Shown here: piece by piece, positions 24,801 to 34,402 of the stretch
How positions within the stretch are numbered: position 1 is the stretch's first letter
How the letters are laid out: each line of letters begins with the position of its first letter
Assembly: GCA_965637545.1 (NCBI GenBank)
Contig: OZ281495.1
Coordinates: 22,940,001-23,004,000 of the forward strand
DNA: 64,000 nt
Direction of reading: 5' to 3'
From: Phallusia mammillata
Lineage: Eukaryota
Translations under genes and position numbers: made by a program
Notes under the pieces: generated by a model
The model's database searches: none
What the model was told of the DNA's origin: nothing
The model's input: the letters and a program-made list of their open reading frames with translations, nothing else

Positions 24801-25037
24801 TTAGAAACCACAAAAATGTAGTGACGGCCTGCGTTTACAAGTTGTAGCCTAATTCTTGCTTTTACAGGTTGCGTATTTTGCGACGACGTGTTCTCGAATC
24901 TTATAAAGTTAAAGCAAGCACGTTTGACAGTCAAGCGACCTCCATCTAACCGCGGACGCGGACGTGGTCGTTCCAGAGGACGGGGAAGAAAAGCACCCAA
25001 AGATAAAATGTCACAGCTTGCGGCTTATTTTGTCTGA
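18873..25037 (+). CDS. TOP3B: DNA/RNA topoisomerase III beta, 857 aa, 15 coding exons
   Basis: join(18873..18999,19133..19301,19367..19484,19611..19799,19881..20062,20503..20689,20771..21005,21209..21366,22138..22396,22448..22546,22608..22755,24000..24166,24227..24486,24634..24739,24868..25037). [11 protein letters not shown]; [17 protein letters not shown]; catalytic [10 protein letters not shown]; zinc ribbons; RG-rich tail; ends [12 protein letters not shown] as in human TOP3B. Confidence 0.97.
20263..20485 (+). mobile_element. tRNA-derived SINE (degenerate) in TOP3B intron 5
   Basis: Pol III A-box-like TGCCGAGTGG (20268-20277), B-box-like GGTATAATCC (20311-20320), unrelated body and an A-rich tail (ataaaaataaaacaaac). 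Confidence 0.55.
21437..22006. mobile_element. Non-autonomous hAT (Buster-type) MITE, 570 bp, in TOP3B intron 8
   Basis: Perfect 16-bp TIRs CAGGGGTGGGGAACCT / AGGTTCCCCACCCCTG and a perfect 8-bp TSD ttctaaat (21429-21436, 22007-22014) with central TA. Confidence 0.93.
22776..23134. mobile_element. Composite remnant of two hAT/Buster MITE ends in TOP3B intron 11
   Basis: Left end cacggcttctcaaactt (Charlie/Buster-like TIR); right end aggttccccacccctg, identical to the right TIR of the 21437 element. The flanking 8-mers differ (tcctataa / gcataggt) but both have the nnnTAnnn form. Confidence 0.6.
23149..23868. mobile_element. hAT-like MITE, 720 bp, with TAGGGCGATTATTTTTTGAC TIRs
   Basis: TIRs tagggcgattattttttgac / gtcaaaaaataatcgcccta; near-matching 8-bp TSD gtgataac / atgacaac; many subterminal (aa)ttttgac motifs. 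Confidence 0.85.
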
Positions 25038-25567
25038 ATACAAGATGTTGTGTTGTACCTTCTGGTCAAAATTGTAAAACACACTGAACCCTGGGCAAAA
25101 ATATAGTCGAAGCGAGATTGCTGTCACATCATGCATTTCTGTAAGGTTGAATTGGTAACGAAATAAAACTGTTGTCCCAAAGTTTTTCCTAAATACTGGT
25201 AATCGTGCTTGAACATATTTTTTATTACGGAGATGTGGTTGCTGACGATCTGACATACTAGCAGAGAGGAAAGCAGCTCACAAACAAACACCTGCACAGG
25301 TTTAAGCTTTAACAAGTATCCACTCAAGTTATATTTTTTGACCTGGAAATGGTCAGGAGTTCATTATATTTGCCCGCAGCGACTCATCAATATAAATTAC
25401 AAAATTTGCAAATGAAACACATAAAATGATGCAAGAGAACACAATATTTACAGTGTAGTGTTTCACTGAAGAGGAACAACACAATGGATCAATAAAACTC
25501 CATTTGGATTATTAAGCTTGATAACAAGGGCTATATAAACAACAAACACATTAGTAAATCCAGAGGT

Positions 25568-26952
25568 TTACAATTCATCTTTCTTTTTCTGGTCAAATGA
25601 CAGTGATGCACTGTTGATGCAATATCTCTCACCAGTTGGTGCTGGGCCATCATTGAAGACATGTCCAAGATGAGCTTTGCACTGCATTAAAAAAGTAAAA
25701 TTGTTTTTTATGTAGCCCAATCTCATTTAATTGTAAACTGTGTTTGCTTACTTTGTTGCAAACCACTTCAGTTCTGGATCTTCCTAGACTTTTATCTGTC
25801 CGCTCTTCTACTGCCTCTTTGCCAGATGGTTGGTAAAATGATGGCCAACCAGAACCAGAATCATATTTGTGGCCAGACCTTAAAATTATTGATGAGTTTA
25901 ACAAGCCATAATTTTATCAGTCCCAATTGTATTCATACTTCAGGGGTGCAGTGGGTTGTAATTAAGTTAGAGCATTTAAACATTGCGACAACATTTTGAA
26001 AAACTAATTTACTGCACAAGCAATCAACTACATTTTGATTTACTATATATATATACACACACAGTGTTTGTTTGTGGTGCACAACCGGTAATAACCTAAA
26101 AGTCTAAGGACAACTTGCAGGGGAAAAAACAAGTTACTCTCCCATAAAAAAAACGAAAACTAGAAGAAGACCCATTTGCCAATACAACATAAAGATTTGA
26201 AAAAGCATATGTCAACCAAAAAACACTGCAAATTTACTTGAAGAGCTCTGTACCACACACGATGCATTTGTATGTTCCTTCTTTCTTGTTTTTCTCATAC
26301 TTCCCTGTAAATGGTCTGTAATACAATACAGGTGTTATTTAAACCATGCAATATATTCAGCTATGCAATTTAACATACGGTTCGGTTCCATGTTCTTGGG
26401 TAACACGATACTGCAAAGTTGTAAGTCGTTTTTTCAGTTCCTCATCTGAATACAATGAGTTGTTTGAATACACAATATCAACAAGACCTGTTGTTACTAT
26501 CATCCACAATATCCATTTACATTTCATACTGCTATTTTTACTGCTTGGTAAATAGGTTGAGTGAATACATTGATTGTGTTGAATAAAAAACAGTTACACA
26601 AAACAAGGGGTAGCACAAATGCACACCTGGGCAATAACTGTCTTAAATCATTATATTTATGACAACTTGGAGATATTTCATACAACAGTGCATAGACTGA
26701 CACTAAATGAAAAGCGACTGCATGAGCCTCCTTAGCAAAGTCCGGATGGTGCCGCACTGCCGCGCCACAAATTTCGGCCAACATATGGAAAACAAACAAA
26801 ATCATCAGATACATTTATTTCTTACCGTTTTGTGCCATTTTAATTGTTCCGCTTGATATTAAGACTCGAGGTAACACAGCGCTTGCAACAGGAACCAAAG
26901 AACCGTCTACTTTTGTCAGCCGCACAACAGTTCGCAAACAGAACCTGTACAT
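25568..26952 (-). CDS. MSRB3: Methionine-R-sulfoxide reductase B (MsrB3-like, Cys-type) with C-terminal KDEL; mitochondrial-leader isoform
   Basis: complement(join(26826..26952,26379..26487,26238..26315,25752..25878,25568..25681)). [24 protein letters not shown], zinc ligands CIVC and [39 protein letters not shown]; ends QKKKDEL*. Confidence 0.93.
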
Positions 26953-27008
26953 ACCGCGCAGGAAACGACGTATAACAGAGGAAGAAGAACCGTGAATTCG
27001 CTAGTCAT
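26945..27008 (-). CDS. MSRB3: Putative alternative first coding exon of MsrB encoding an ER signal peptide
   Basis: ATG at 27008 reads [22 protein letters not shown]; the donor CAG|gttctg after 26945 is phase 1 and fits exon 2; the protein ends in KDEL. Confidence 0.55.
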
Positions 27009-27306
27009 TGTGACACCATACCTATTTACAGACGAAAACAGAATGACGAAGCGTTTTATATTTAACGAGCTTCATATACAATGTATAATTTTGCTGTTTT
27101 CACACACACGTTAAACGTAAATTGTTGGTTTTGGTAACAAATCTGCTTTATAGGCCCTCCGAAACGCAAAAATATATTGTTAGTACTTGTATTAGTTATT
27201 GGCAACATTTGCAAAAGGTTGCTGCTATTTTTTATATTTTGTCGTTTTAAAATTAAAATTTTTCGTTACAATCCCATTTAGGACCCACCCAGATAGGACA
27301 CGTCGC

Positions 27307-27988
27307 CAAGGATGGCAGAACGGTACGGTACGTACTGGGTTGACCGTACCACGCAACTCGTTACGAACAGCGTAGCCTACTGCAAAACCGTACCGTACCA
27401 AATGTACAAAATCAAAACGTTCCGTACCACCGTACCGTACCAAAGTCTTACTTTGTAGTTTGTACCGTACATGAGGTACGAGATGGTACCTAAAGGGGGC
27501 TGCCCCTCTACAAAACTCGCTCATTCGAAATAAAAGGTGGATGCATTTACTTTTTTACGATAGGCTCGTGAACACTGATCTCTATTTATAAAAAAAACAC
27601 TGATCTCTATCGTGAACACTGATCTCCATTGCCGAGTTAATCTCTGTTATTGTCATGTGCGTGTTTTAGTAATAGGCCCACAGTGCATGTAACCCTCATT
27701 TTGCTTAGCGGTCAGCCCCGTAAGCACTAAATATTAGGCAGTGACGTCATCAACTTTTTGAATTCTCTTTTGGTACAGTGACATTGTGATGAAATCATGT
27801 CATAAACAATTTAAATTCGAGTTTCAGGCAATTTCAATATTATTTATAAACACTTATAATGCGTCAGTACGGTGGTACGGTACGCTTTTGGTACGGTGGT
27901 ACACTTTGGTGGAGGACCGTAACATCGTACCGTGTCTGTACCTTTTGCCTCTGCTTTCTTTGTGTACCATGCCATACTGCCATCTTTG
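27307..27988. mobile_element. hAT-like MITE (682 bp) rich in inverted GGTACGGTAC motifs, between the divergent MsrB and USP48 starts
   Basis: TIRs CAAGGATGGCAG / CTGCCATCTTTG; 8-bp TSD cacgtcgc (27299-27306) / cccgtcgc (27989-27996); subterminal gtacc/ggtac arrays; three internal copies of aacactgatctc (~27570-27625). Confidence 0.85.
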
Positions 27989-28496
27989 CCCGTCGCATGT
28001 AGGACCCGCCCACTGCTGGATCAAACCAGACTTAATCAAATCGTTTGGGATCAATGATGCCATTGGCAGCAAATCAACGAACTGCAGTTTTTTTTGCTTT
28101 TTAATCTTTTTAATCACAACTTAGGAATGTAAATAAAACTTGACTGTTTAAAATGGCATTTGCTTTTTCTTGAAAAAGTCATATCTTGAAAAAGTGTGAA
28201 AACCGGCCTTGTTTGATATCTATGTAATTGTTATGGAAAGCTATTTTATTTTTTTTTAACGTAGCAAAATAGTTTTGAAAACGTACATTTCTGGAAAAAG
28301 GGTGTTTATAAACATAGCAAGCCGAAAGCAGTAACTATTTGTAATTTTGTAGCAAAAAAGCGAATATTGCAGTTGGTTACATGAGTTGCTTTCTTACTGA
28401 TTTTGACTTTATTTTTCGGTGCTTTAGTGACATATGATACTGATACTTACCTCTGTTTTTGATAAACAAAAAACAGCTACGTAACACTTTCTTGGA

Positions 28497-31400
28497 ATGG
28501 GGAAAAAGGGCTCTGCAGCCAAATCAACTGAAGCTCAGTTTTGGCAATGGACAGAGGCAAAAGACTTGACACAGATTACAGAGGATAACATTTTAACATC
28601 CTACAGATTGAAAACTCCCTCTTGTCAAAATCCTAAAAAGAATTGCCAAGGAAATCCAAAGTGCTTGCATGCATTAGGTCAGTCATATTGGACAAATTCG
28701 AATATAAGCCTGATCAATGAACAGGAAGTTGCTAAAGTCCAAAAGGAAATTGAAGCTGAGCAAAGAAAGCCAGGTGATCTTGTTGGGCTAAAAAACCTTG
28801 GAGCAACTTGTTATGTAAACACATATTTGCAGTTATGGTTGCACAATGTCAACTTTCGAAATGCAATATATTCTTTAAATGAAAGTGACTGCGACATTAC
28901 TGGCAATTATCAGCAAGTCGTTTGTGGGCAGCTCCAGTTGGTGTTCGGACTTCTTGGTGGCAGCATATGCAAAAGTATTGACCCATCTTCATTCATTCAA
29001 AGTTTAGGACTTCCCACTGATTTGCAGCAAGATGCCCAGGAGTTTTCCAAGCTGTTTATGGGTGTTTTGGAAACAAACTCCACACTTTCATCTGTCATTC
29101 AGCACCAGTTTTGTGGGGAATATGAATACCAGACTAAATGCTTGTCTTGCCAAACAATCACATCACGACCATCAAGGTTCTATGAACTTGACCTCAATAT
29201 ACAAGGCCACAAAGAATTAAAAGAGTGCATCATGGAGTTTTTAAAAAAAGAAATGCTTTGTGGTGAAAATCAATATCACTGTGATGCATGTACATGCAAA
29301 AGGGATGCTGTTAGGCAAATTTTCCTCAAAAAACTTCCACAAACATTAAGTCTGCAGCTTCTTAGGTTTGTTTATGATAAATCCTCCCAACAGAGACACA
29401 AAATTGTGACAAGTTTAACCTTTCCTGACACGCTGGATTTTTCATCAATATTAAATGGAAATGAAAATATGAGCAACTTGGAGCAAAGAGAACTACAGTA
29501 TCAGTTGTCTGCAGTCCTAATTCACAGGGGCCCAAGCGCTTCATCAGGACATTACATTGCACACATAAAAGATACTGCAAATGAAAACTGGTATAAATTT
29601 AATGATGAATCAGTGGTAAAAATGAAGACCGGCACAAAGCTTGATCTTGATGCTAACAAGGGGGAAGAAAATCTCTGGAGTGAAGCTTATGGCCCTTTAC
29701 CGAAAAAGCAACGTCTTTCAAAGGGTCACCATTCATCCAAGGATGTCTATATGCTGGTGTATGTTCAAACAAGCAGTTTATTACCCAGTAACAGATGTGT
29801 AGCAATTCCAGAAAGAATAAAGCACATGGTTGATGAGCACAACATCCAATTCCAACAACAAGCAACAGTAAGATTAACTGCGGTCCATGAAGACCAACTG
29901 AAGGCTCTAAATTACCGCAAAAGCATGCTGAATTTTGTAAAAACTTTGGAGACTGAGAGCGATGATCATGAATGGATTCATGTATCTCAGCTTAAATACT
30001 ACCTCAACCCTAACCGGCCACACAAGGGTTTGTTAAAAAATGCTAACTCATTAATTTGTTGCCATGGAAATTTGCATGTTGACAAAGTTCCTACAATGAA
30101 ATACATTCCTAAGCAGGCAGCAGATATACTGTTTGCTGAATGTAATGATCTACCAAGGTTCAAATTGAATGTGTGTAAGCCTTGTGTTGAAAACCGATGC
30201 CTACTATTGCGTAAGAAACGGCAATTGGTGAGTGATTCAGAAGTTATAGGTCAATTCATCAAAAACCTAGGCATACAATCTGATACAAAAAACTGTTTTT
30301 ATGTTGGCAAGGTATCCCTACGCAAATGGAAATCCATGGCTCTTAAAAATATACGTCTCCAACATGCAACCAAGATGTCTGATATTCCTGATGTGAATGG
30401 TTCAGCTTCAGAGAACAGTGATTCAGATGAATTTGTATTTAATTCTGATATTTTATGCTTGCATGGAAGTTTATCCACATTGGCAGCAAGTTATCAGCTT
30501 GTACCAGAATATGTATGGAAAATTTTGAGCACCTACTTTCCAGACTGTCATCAAATTAAAGGCGATTCTGATTCTTGTGCTTCTTGTATGAAAGAATCTC
30601 AGCTAGAAGAAGAAAAACTGCTTGCAATTAAAAAACTTTCACAAGAGCAGAAGTCAGACTTACATCAATTGTTTCTCAATAAAAACCGACCGCAGATAAA
30701 TGCATTTCTTTCCAATTCGTCAGATGAAAGCTGTCAAACAATCTATGTTTTGTCTGCAAATGCATTGGAAGAGTGGCGGGAGTTTGTGCGCCAACCCACA
30801 AGGCATGAACCTATATCTAAAATGAGCAACGTTGAGTTTTTGTGCCAACATTTTAGGCTACTTTACAATCCTTTGGATATGGTAAATTGTTTTCCAAGTA
30901 ATGAAGCCAACATGCCACAGTTGGTTTTGGTTTGGAGTGAAGAGTGGAAAAAGGTGAAAAAACACTTTGTCATTGACTATGCCATTAAATTATCCAAGCC
31001 TTCCATGATGGAGTGTTCTGTTATGCTCCATAAAATTGATGATCCTGCAGTAAATAATGTTCAGAATAAGGAACTTCAAAAACAAAATCCCACTGCTGAA
31101 ATGTCAGTCTTGATCCAATCAAATGTATCACAAAAGTGCAAGAAAAAAGTCTGCAATGCTGCAGAATCACACAAAACATATGATAAGTCACAGATTCTCT
31201 ACAGTCCTGAACTTTGTGCAGAATGCATAAACGATCTTGCCAACAAACAGAAGCAGTTGCTTTATGAATACAATAATGCTGATGTGTACATCCAGAAAGT
31301 TTCTGGTATCCAGACAGAAGAAACAAATTCAGGCACCAGTTTTACATGTGAATCTGCAGAAGGAAAACCCTCTCGTAGAGCTCGGAGATGTACCCGCGGT

Positions 31401-31688
31401 GAAAAGAAACTTTCTGACATTTCATCTTCCATGACCCTCAGGGATCTTAAACTGAAAATCATGAGTTTTTACTCTGTTCCACCTTTTGACCAAAATCTAT
31501 GGTTCAATGGAAAATTGCTTTCTGATGATACTGCCTCATTAGGTAGCCTGTTTATTTATCCAAATTGCACAATAACATTGATTGAGGATGAACCCAATCC
31601 TGACAATTTGCCTGTTATACTTGAATCGGTAAAAAATGTTGAACCAGAAAGGGGCTTTAAAGGAACTGGGCTAATGGGATTTCAGTAG
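28497..31688 (+). CDS. USP48: Ubiquitin carboxyl-terminal hydrolase 48, single-exon 1063-aa ORF
   Basis: Cys box GLKNLGATCYVN, QQDAQEF, His box HRGPSASSGHYIAHIKD...WYKFNDE, DUSP-type region, C-terminal Ubl (TLRDLKLKIM...PFDQNL); ends PERGFKGTGL like USP48. Confidence 0.96.
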   Translation: MGKKGSAAKSTEAQFWQWTEAKDLTQITEDNILTSYRLKTPSCQNPKKNCQGNPKCLHALGQSYWTNSNISLINEQEVAKVQKEIEAEQRKPGDLVGLKNLGATCYVNTYLQLWLHNVNFRNAIYSLNESDCDITGNYQQVVCGQLQLVFGLLGGSICKSIDPSSFIQSLGLPTDLQQDAQEFSKLFMGVLETNSTLSSVIQHQFCGEYEYQTKCLSCQTITSRPSRFYELDLNIQGHKELKECIMEFLKKEMLCGENQYHCDACTCKRDAVRQIFLKKLPQTLSLQLLRFVYDKSSQQRHKIVTSLTFPDTLDFSSILNGNENMSNLEQRELQYQLSAVLIHRGPSASSGHYIAHIKDTANENWYKFNDESVVKMKTGTKLDLDANKGEENLWSEAYGPLPKKQRLSKGHHSSKDVYMLVYVQTSSLLPSNRCVAIPERIKHMVDEHNIQFQQQATVRLTAVHEDQLKALNYRKSMLNFVKTLETESDDHEWIHVSQLKYYLNPNRPHKGLLKNANSLICCHGNLHVDKVPTMKYIPKQAADILFAECNDLPRFKLNVCKPCVENRCLLLRKKRQLVSDSEVIGQFIKNLGIQSDTKNCFYVGKVSLRKWKSMALKNIRLQHATKMSDIPDVNGSASENSDSDEFVFNSDILCLHGSLSTLAASYQLVPEYVWKILSTYFPDCHQIKGDSDSCASCMKESQLEEEKLLAIKKLSQEQKSDLHQLFLNKNRPQINAFLSNSSDESCQTIYVLSANALEEWREFVRQPTRHEPISKMSNVEFLCQHFRLLYNPLDMVNCFPSNEANMPQLVLVWSEEWKKVKKHFVIDYAIKLSKPSMMECSVMLHKIDDPAVNNVQNKELQKQNPTAEMSVLIQSNVSQKCKKKVCNAAESHKTYDKSQILYSPELCAECINDLANKQKQLLYEYNNADVYIQKVSGIQTEETNSGTSFTCESAEGKPSRRARRCTRGEKKLSDISSSMTLRDLKLKIMSFYSVPPFDQNLWFNGKLLSDDTASLGSLFIYPNCTITLIEDEPNPDNLPVILESVKNVEPERGFKGTGLMGFQ

Positions 31689-31988
31689 GTTACACTGTGA
31701 TATCATTATGGTGCTTACTTTTGTGTCTCTTGTCAACAACGTTGTGTGCACGGACTGGTGTATTTTAAAGGTGTAATCTTACAGATAATTTTCAAACAAT
31801 GAAAAACGGATTTTTTTGCTTGCTTTTGAAAACATATTGACACGTTTCGTACAAAGTATATTTATGTACGGTATTTTGTGTTGTCTTTTGACATAAACAT
31901 TATACTTACTGCCTGTTCAATCATACTTCATTTCCAAATTTTACTGTTTTTGCAGATTTACCTAAATAGGCAATTTAATTTTAAAAAT

Positions 31989-32399
31989 ATGGCAGAAAGA
32001 AAGCAACATGCTAAGATTTTAAGGACACAACCCACCATGCAGTCAGTTCCTGAAGAGGGGGTACCATCTTCTCAGGGCAACTGTTCTTTTCCAGACATGC
32101 AGTTAATGAAACAGGATCTTCAAGACTTACTTTTTGCATTTCGAAGTGGAAAAATAAAGGCTTTTGGAGATGATAATGTGATACAAAAAATGGAGAACAT
32201 TCGTAGTAAGCAAGGAAAATTGGCTCGGTTGCACTTTGGGTTAGATAGTCAGATTGATTATAATGATGCTGAGGACTCACCGGCCAATCAGAAGCAACGT
32301 CAAGAAAACATGTCAACGTTGCTAGAAAACCTGGAGGATTTAAGCTCAACTATTAAGTCGTTAAACACTTCTGCAACCACATCTGGCAAATCTAATTGA
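31989..32399 (+). CDS. CCDC28: Coiled-coil domain-containing protein 28, intronless; first in-frame ATG at 31989
   Basis: LLFAFRSGKIKAFG...ENIRSKQGKLARLHFGL...MSTLLENLEDLSSTI matches the CCDC28A/B core (FHSGKLQAFG...QEKLARLHF). Confidence 0.88.
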   Translation: MAERKQHAKILRTQPTMQSVPEEGVPSSQGNCSFPDMQLMKQDLQDLLFAFRSGKIKAFGDDNVIQKMENIRSKQGKLARLHFGLDSQIDYNDAEDSPANQKQRQENMSTLLENLEDLSSTIKSLNTSATTSGKSN

Positions 32400-34402
32400 A
32401 GACACGTTCTAGTTGACATTTTAATGCTAACCCCAAACACTGCTGCTTTTGTAAATATATTTTTTTGAAACTTCTTGCAGCTCATCTATTTTTCTTGGAT
32501 GTAAGTGATTTCATTTGTTTATGTTTAAACCAGAGTATCCAATAATGTTAAAAGTTTAAAAAGGAATTTCCTTTTGATCAGAAAATTATGTTCAAAAATG
32601 ATCTAGAATCTTTTTTCATTGTTGGCAAAACATATTTTCTCCTTCTTGCCAAACTCATATATTAAATAAAGTTCAAACAGAGGGGTCATACTGTAGTATC
32701 TTAATTATCAATAAAGAGAATGAAGTGTATTGCGATTGCAATCTGGAGAATTCAACCCTAGTTATTGTTTGTAAGAAAATGTAAAAGTTTTTTTAGACTA
32801 TAATTCATAATGGGGAATAATTGAATTGTGTATGATATCACATTGAAGTGTTAAAATTATTATGATCCCATTATTACTGTTTACAAGTGTACTGCAACAA
32901 AGCCATATATGTCATAGTTACACCACAAAGCACTGCTCTTAAATAATTACAGGCCTGGTTACTTGTAGGTGGCACACTGGTCTGAGGAGAAGCGGCGCAA
33001 GGGAGCAATTACATACTACTCCTGGTGTTCAGATATCATGACATGTTAAATGCTGGCCATCATGACAATCAAGTAAGCTTGAAAGGAAATGAGTGTGATA
33101 TAAATTGCCTGCCTACTCTACCAAGCAAAGCAGTTGTGCTTTGTGGTGGTAGTTATAGTTAAGCAGTGTCATGTTTAGAATGTACCTTGTATCTGCTGTA
33201 TTGTTATAGTAGGGAATGTAAACATGTGCTTCCCTGAATGAAACAGCCACTGGTAGAACATGTTTTAGTGTACATGCACACAAAACTTATCAGTATTAAA
33301 TCATACTGACAAATTGAACTAAATGGAATTAGAAGTTAGTTACCAGTTCAAATTTATGTTTGGATACAAGGTGTAAGCTATGTGACTAATTGTAGAACAG
33401 TTAGATTGTTAGCACTAAAAGAAGTAGGTTTACGACACTCAAATAAAACAAGCAGTAAAGAGTTCAACAAAGTTGACATAAAACAGGTCAGCAAAGTGTT
33501 AGTTCCTTATACCTAAACAATGACATGACCTGCATGTTTGCAATGACGCCTGTCCTATTTCAGTGTTAGCACTGGAATGTACAACCAATCAACATGGTGT
33601 AGTTGGACTGTTGAACCTTTCATAGTTAAATTAATTTGTTATCAATACCAGTTTTTGTATTGTTGCCCTTTAGTACTTCGGATAAAAGGTTGAAGTTTTA
33701 ATGACTAATTAATGTTAACAGTGCATGCACACACATGGTGGTTTAGTGCACAGGAAGTACTAGTCACGTCCCATTGTTTTTCCCTCAGTCAGACAGTAAT
33801 TATAAATGCTAGTGAACTGGCAGCAAATCCCTGCTAGATACCAGCTGCTAATATGGAATGGAAGGCAATCAAATTTCCTGCTGTGATTTTCACTATTGAG
33901 TCTGGCAGGTAGATGTTTTGTTGCTATGTGCCCTGGTGTATTTTTTCAAGGCTCAGTGACATTATTAGATTTTGCCTGTTGGCAAGTGAATTAGTATTGG
34001 TCAGGTGCCTGTGTTTTTTCAAGTCAGCGTCTTGTTGATGTGGCATGTGGGTGTGAAAGAGATTGTGGTTGGTGGTCTAAGGCATACATCTCATGTCATC
34101 AGGATTTAATCTGCTTAGCAGTGAGCAAGTGTTTATTTGTGGCCTGCATTGCCTATTAGCTTGAGTCTGAGTCTCCTGCTGAGAAGTTTAGTGGTGATCA
34201 AAGATAATTACACTTCCTTTGTTTGCCCTGTACAGGGAATTAAGTTGCATTTTTTTTCTTTGACCCTCTGAGACACCTCTGCTGTGCACTGTAGTTGTTA
34301 TCTTGCACAGTAGTTAGAGGGATGATTTCACTTTCATTGTGCAACTGAGATAAGCAGATAATCGCAGATTGCAAAAAAGAAATCCAGAAAAGTCAGATAA
34401 AG

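Noticed and set aside
25568-25700. Selenoprotein-type MsrB with SECIS
   Set aside because: The catalytic motif is RYCINS with a Cys codon and there is no in-frame TGA.
26524-26814. [17 protein letters not shown]... as the MsrB signal-peptide exon
   Set aside because: Lies in intron 1 with no convincing phase-1 donor; the 27008 leader fits better.
27307-27988. GGTAC and AACACTGATCTC repeats as a CRISPR-like array
   Set aside because: Eukaryotic context and irregular spacing; TIRs and TSD identify a MITE.
31878-31988. N-terminal extension of the CCDC28 ORF in the track
   Set aside because: Starts at GTG and spans pyrimidine-rich acceptor sequence; the first ATG is at 31989.
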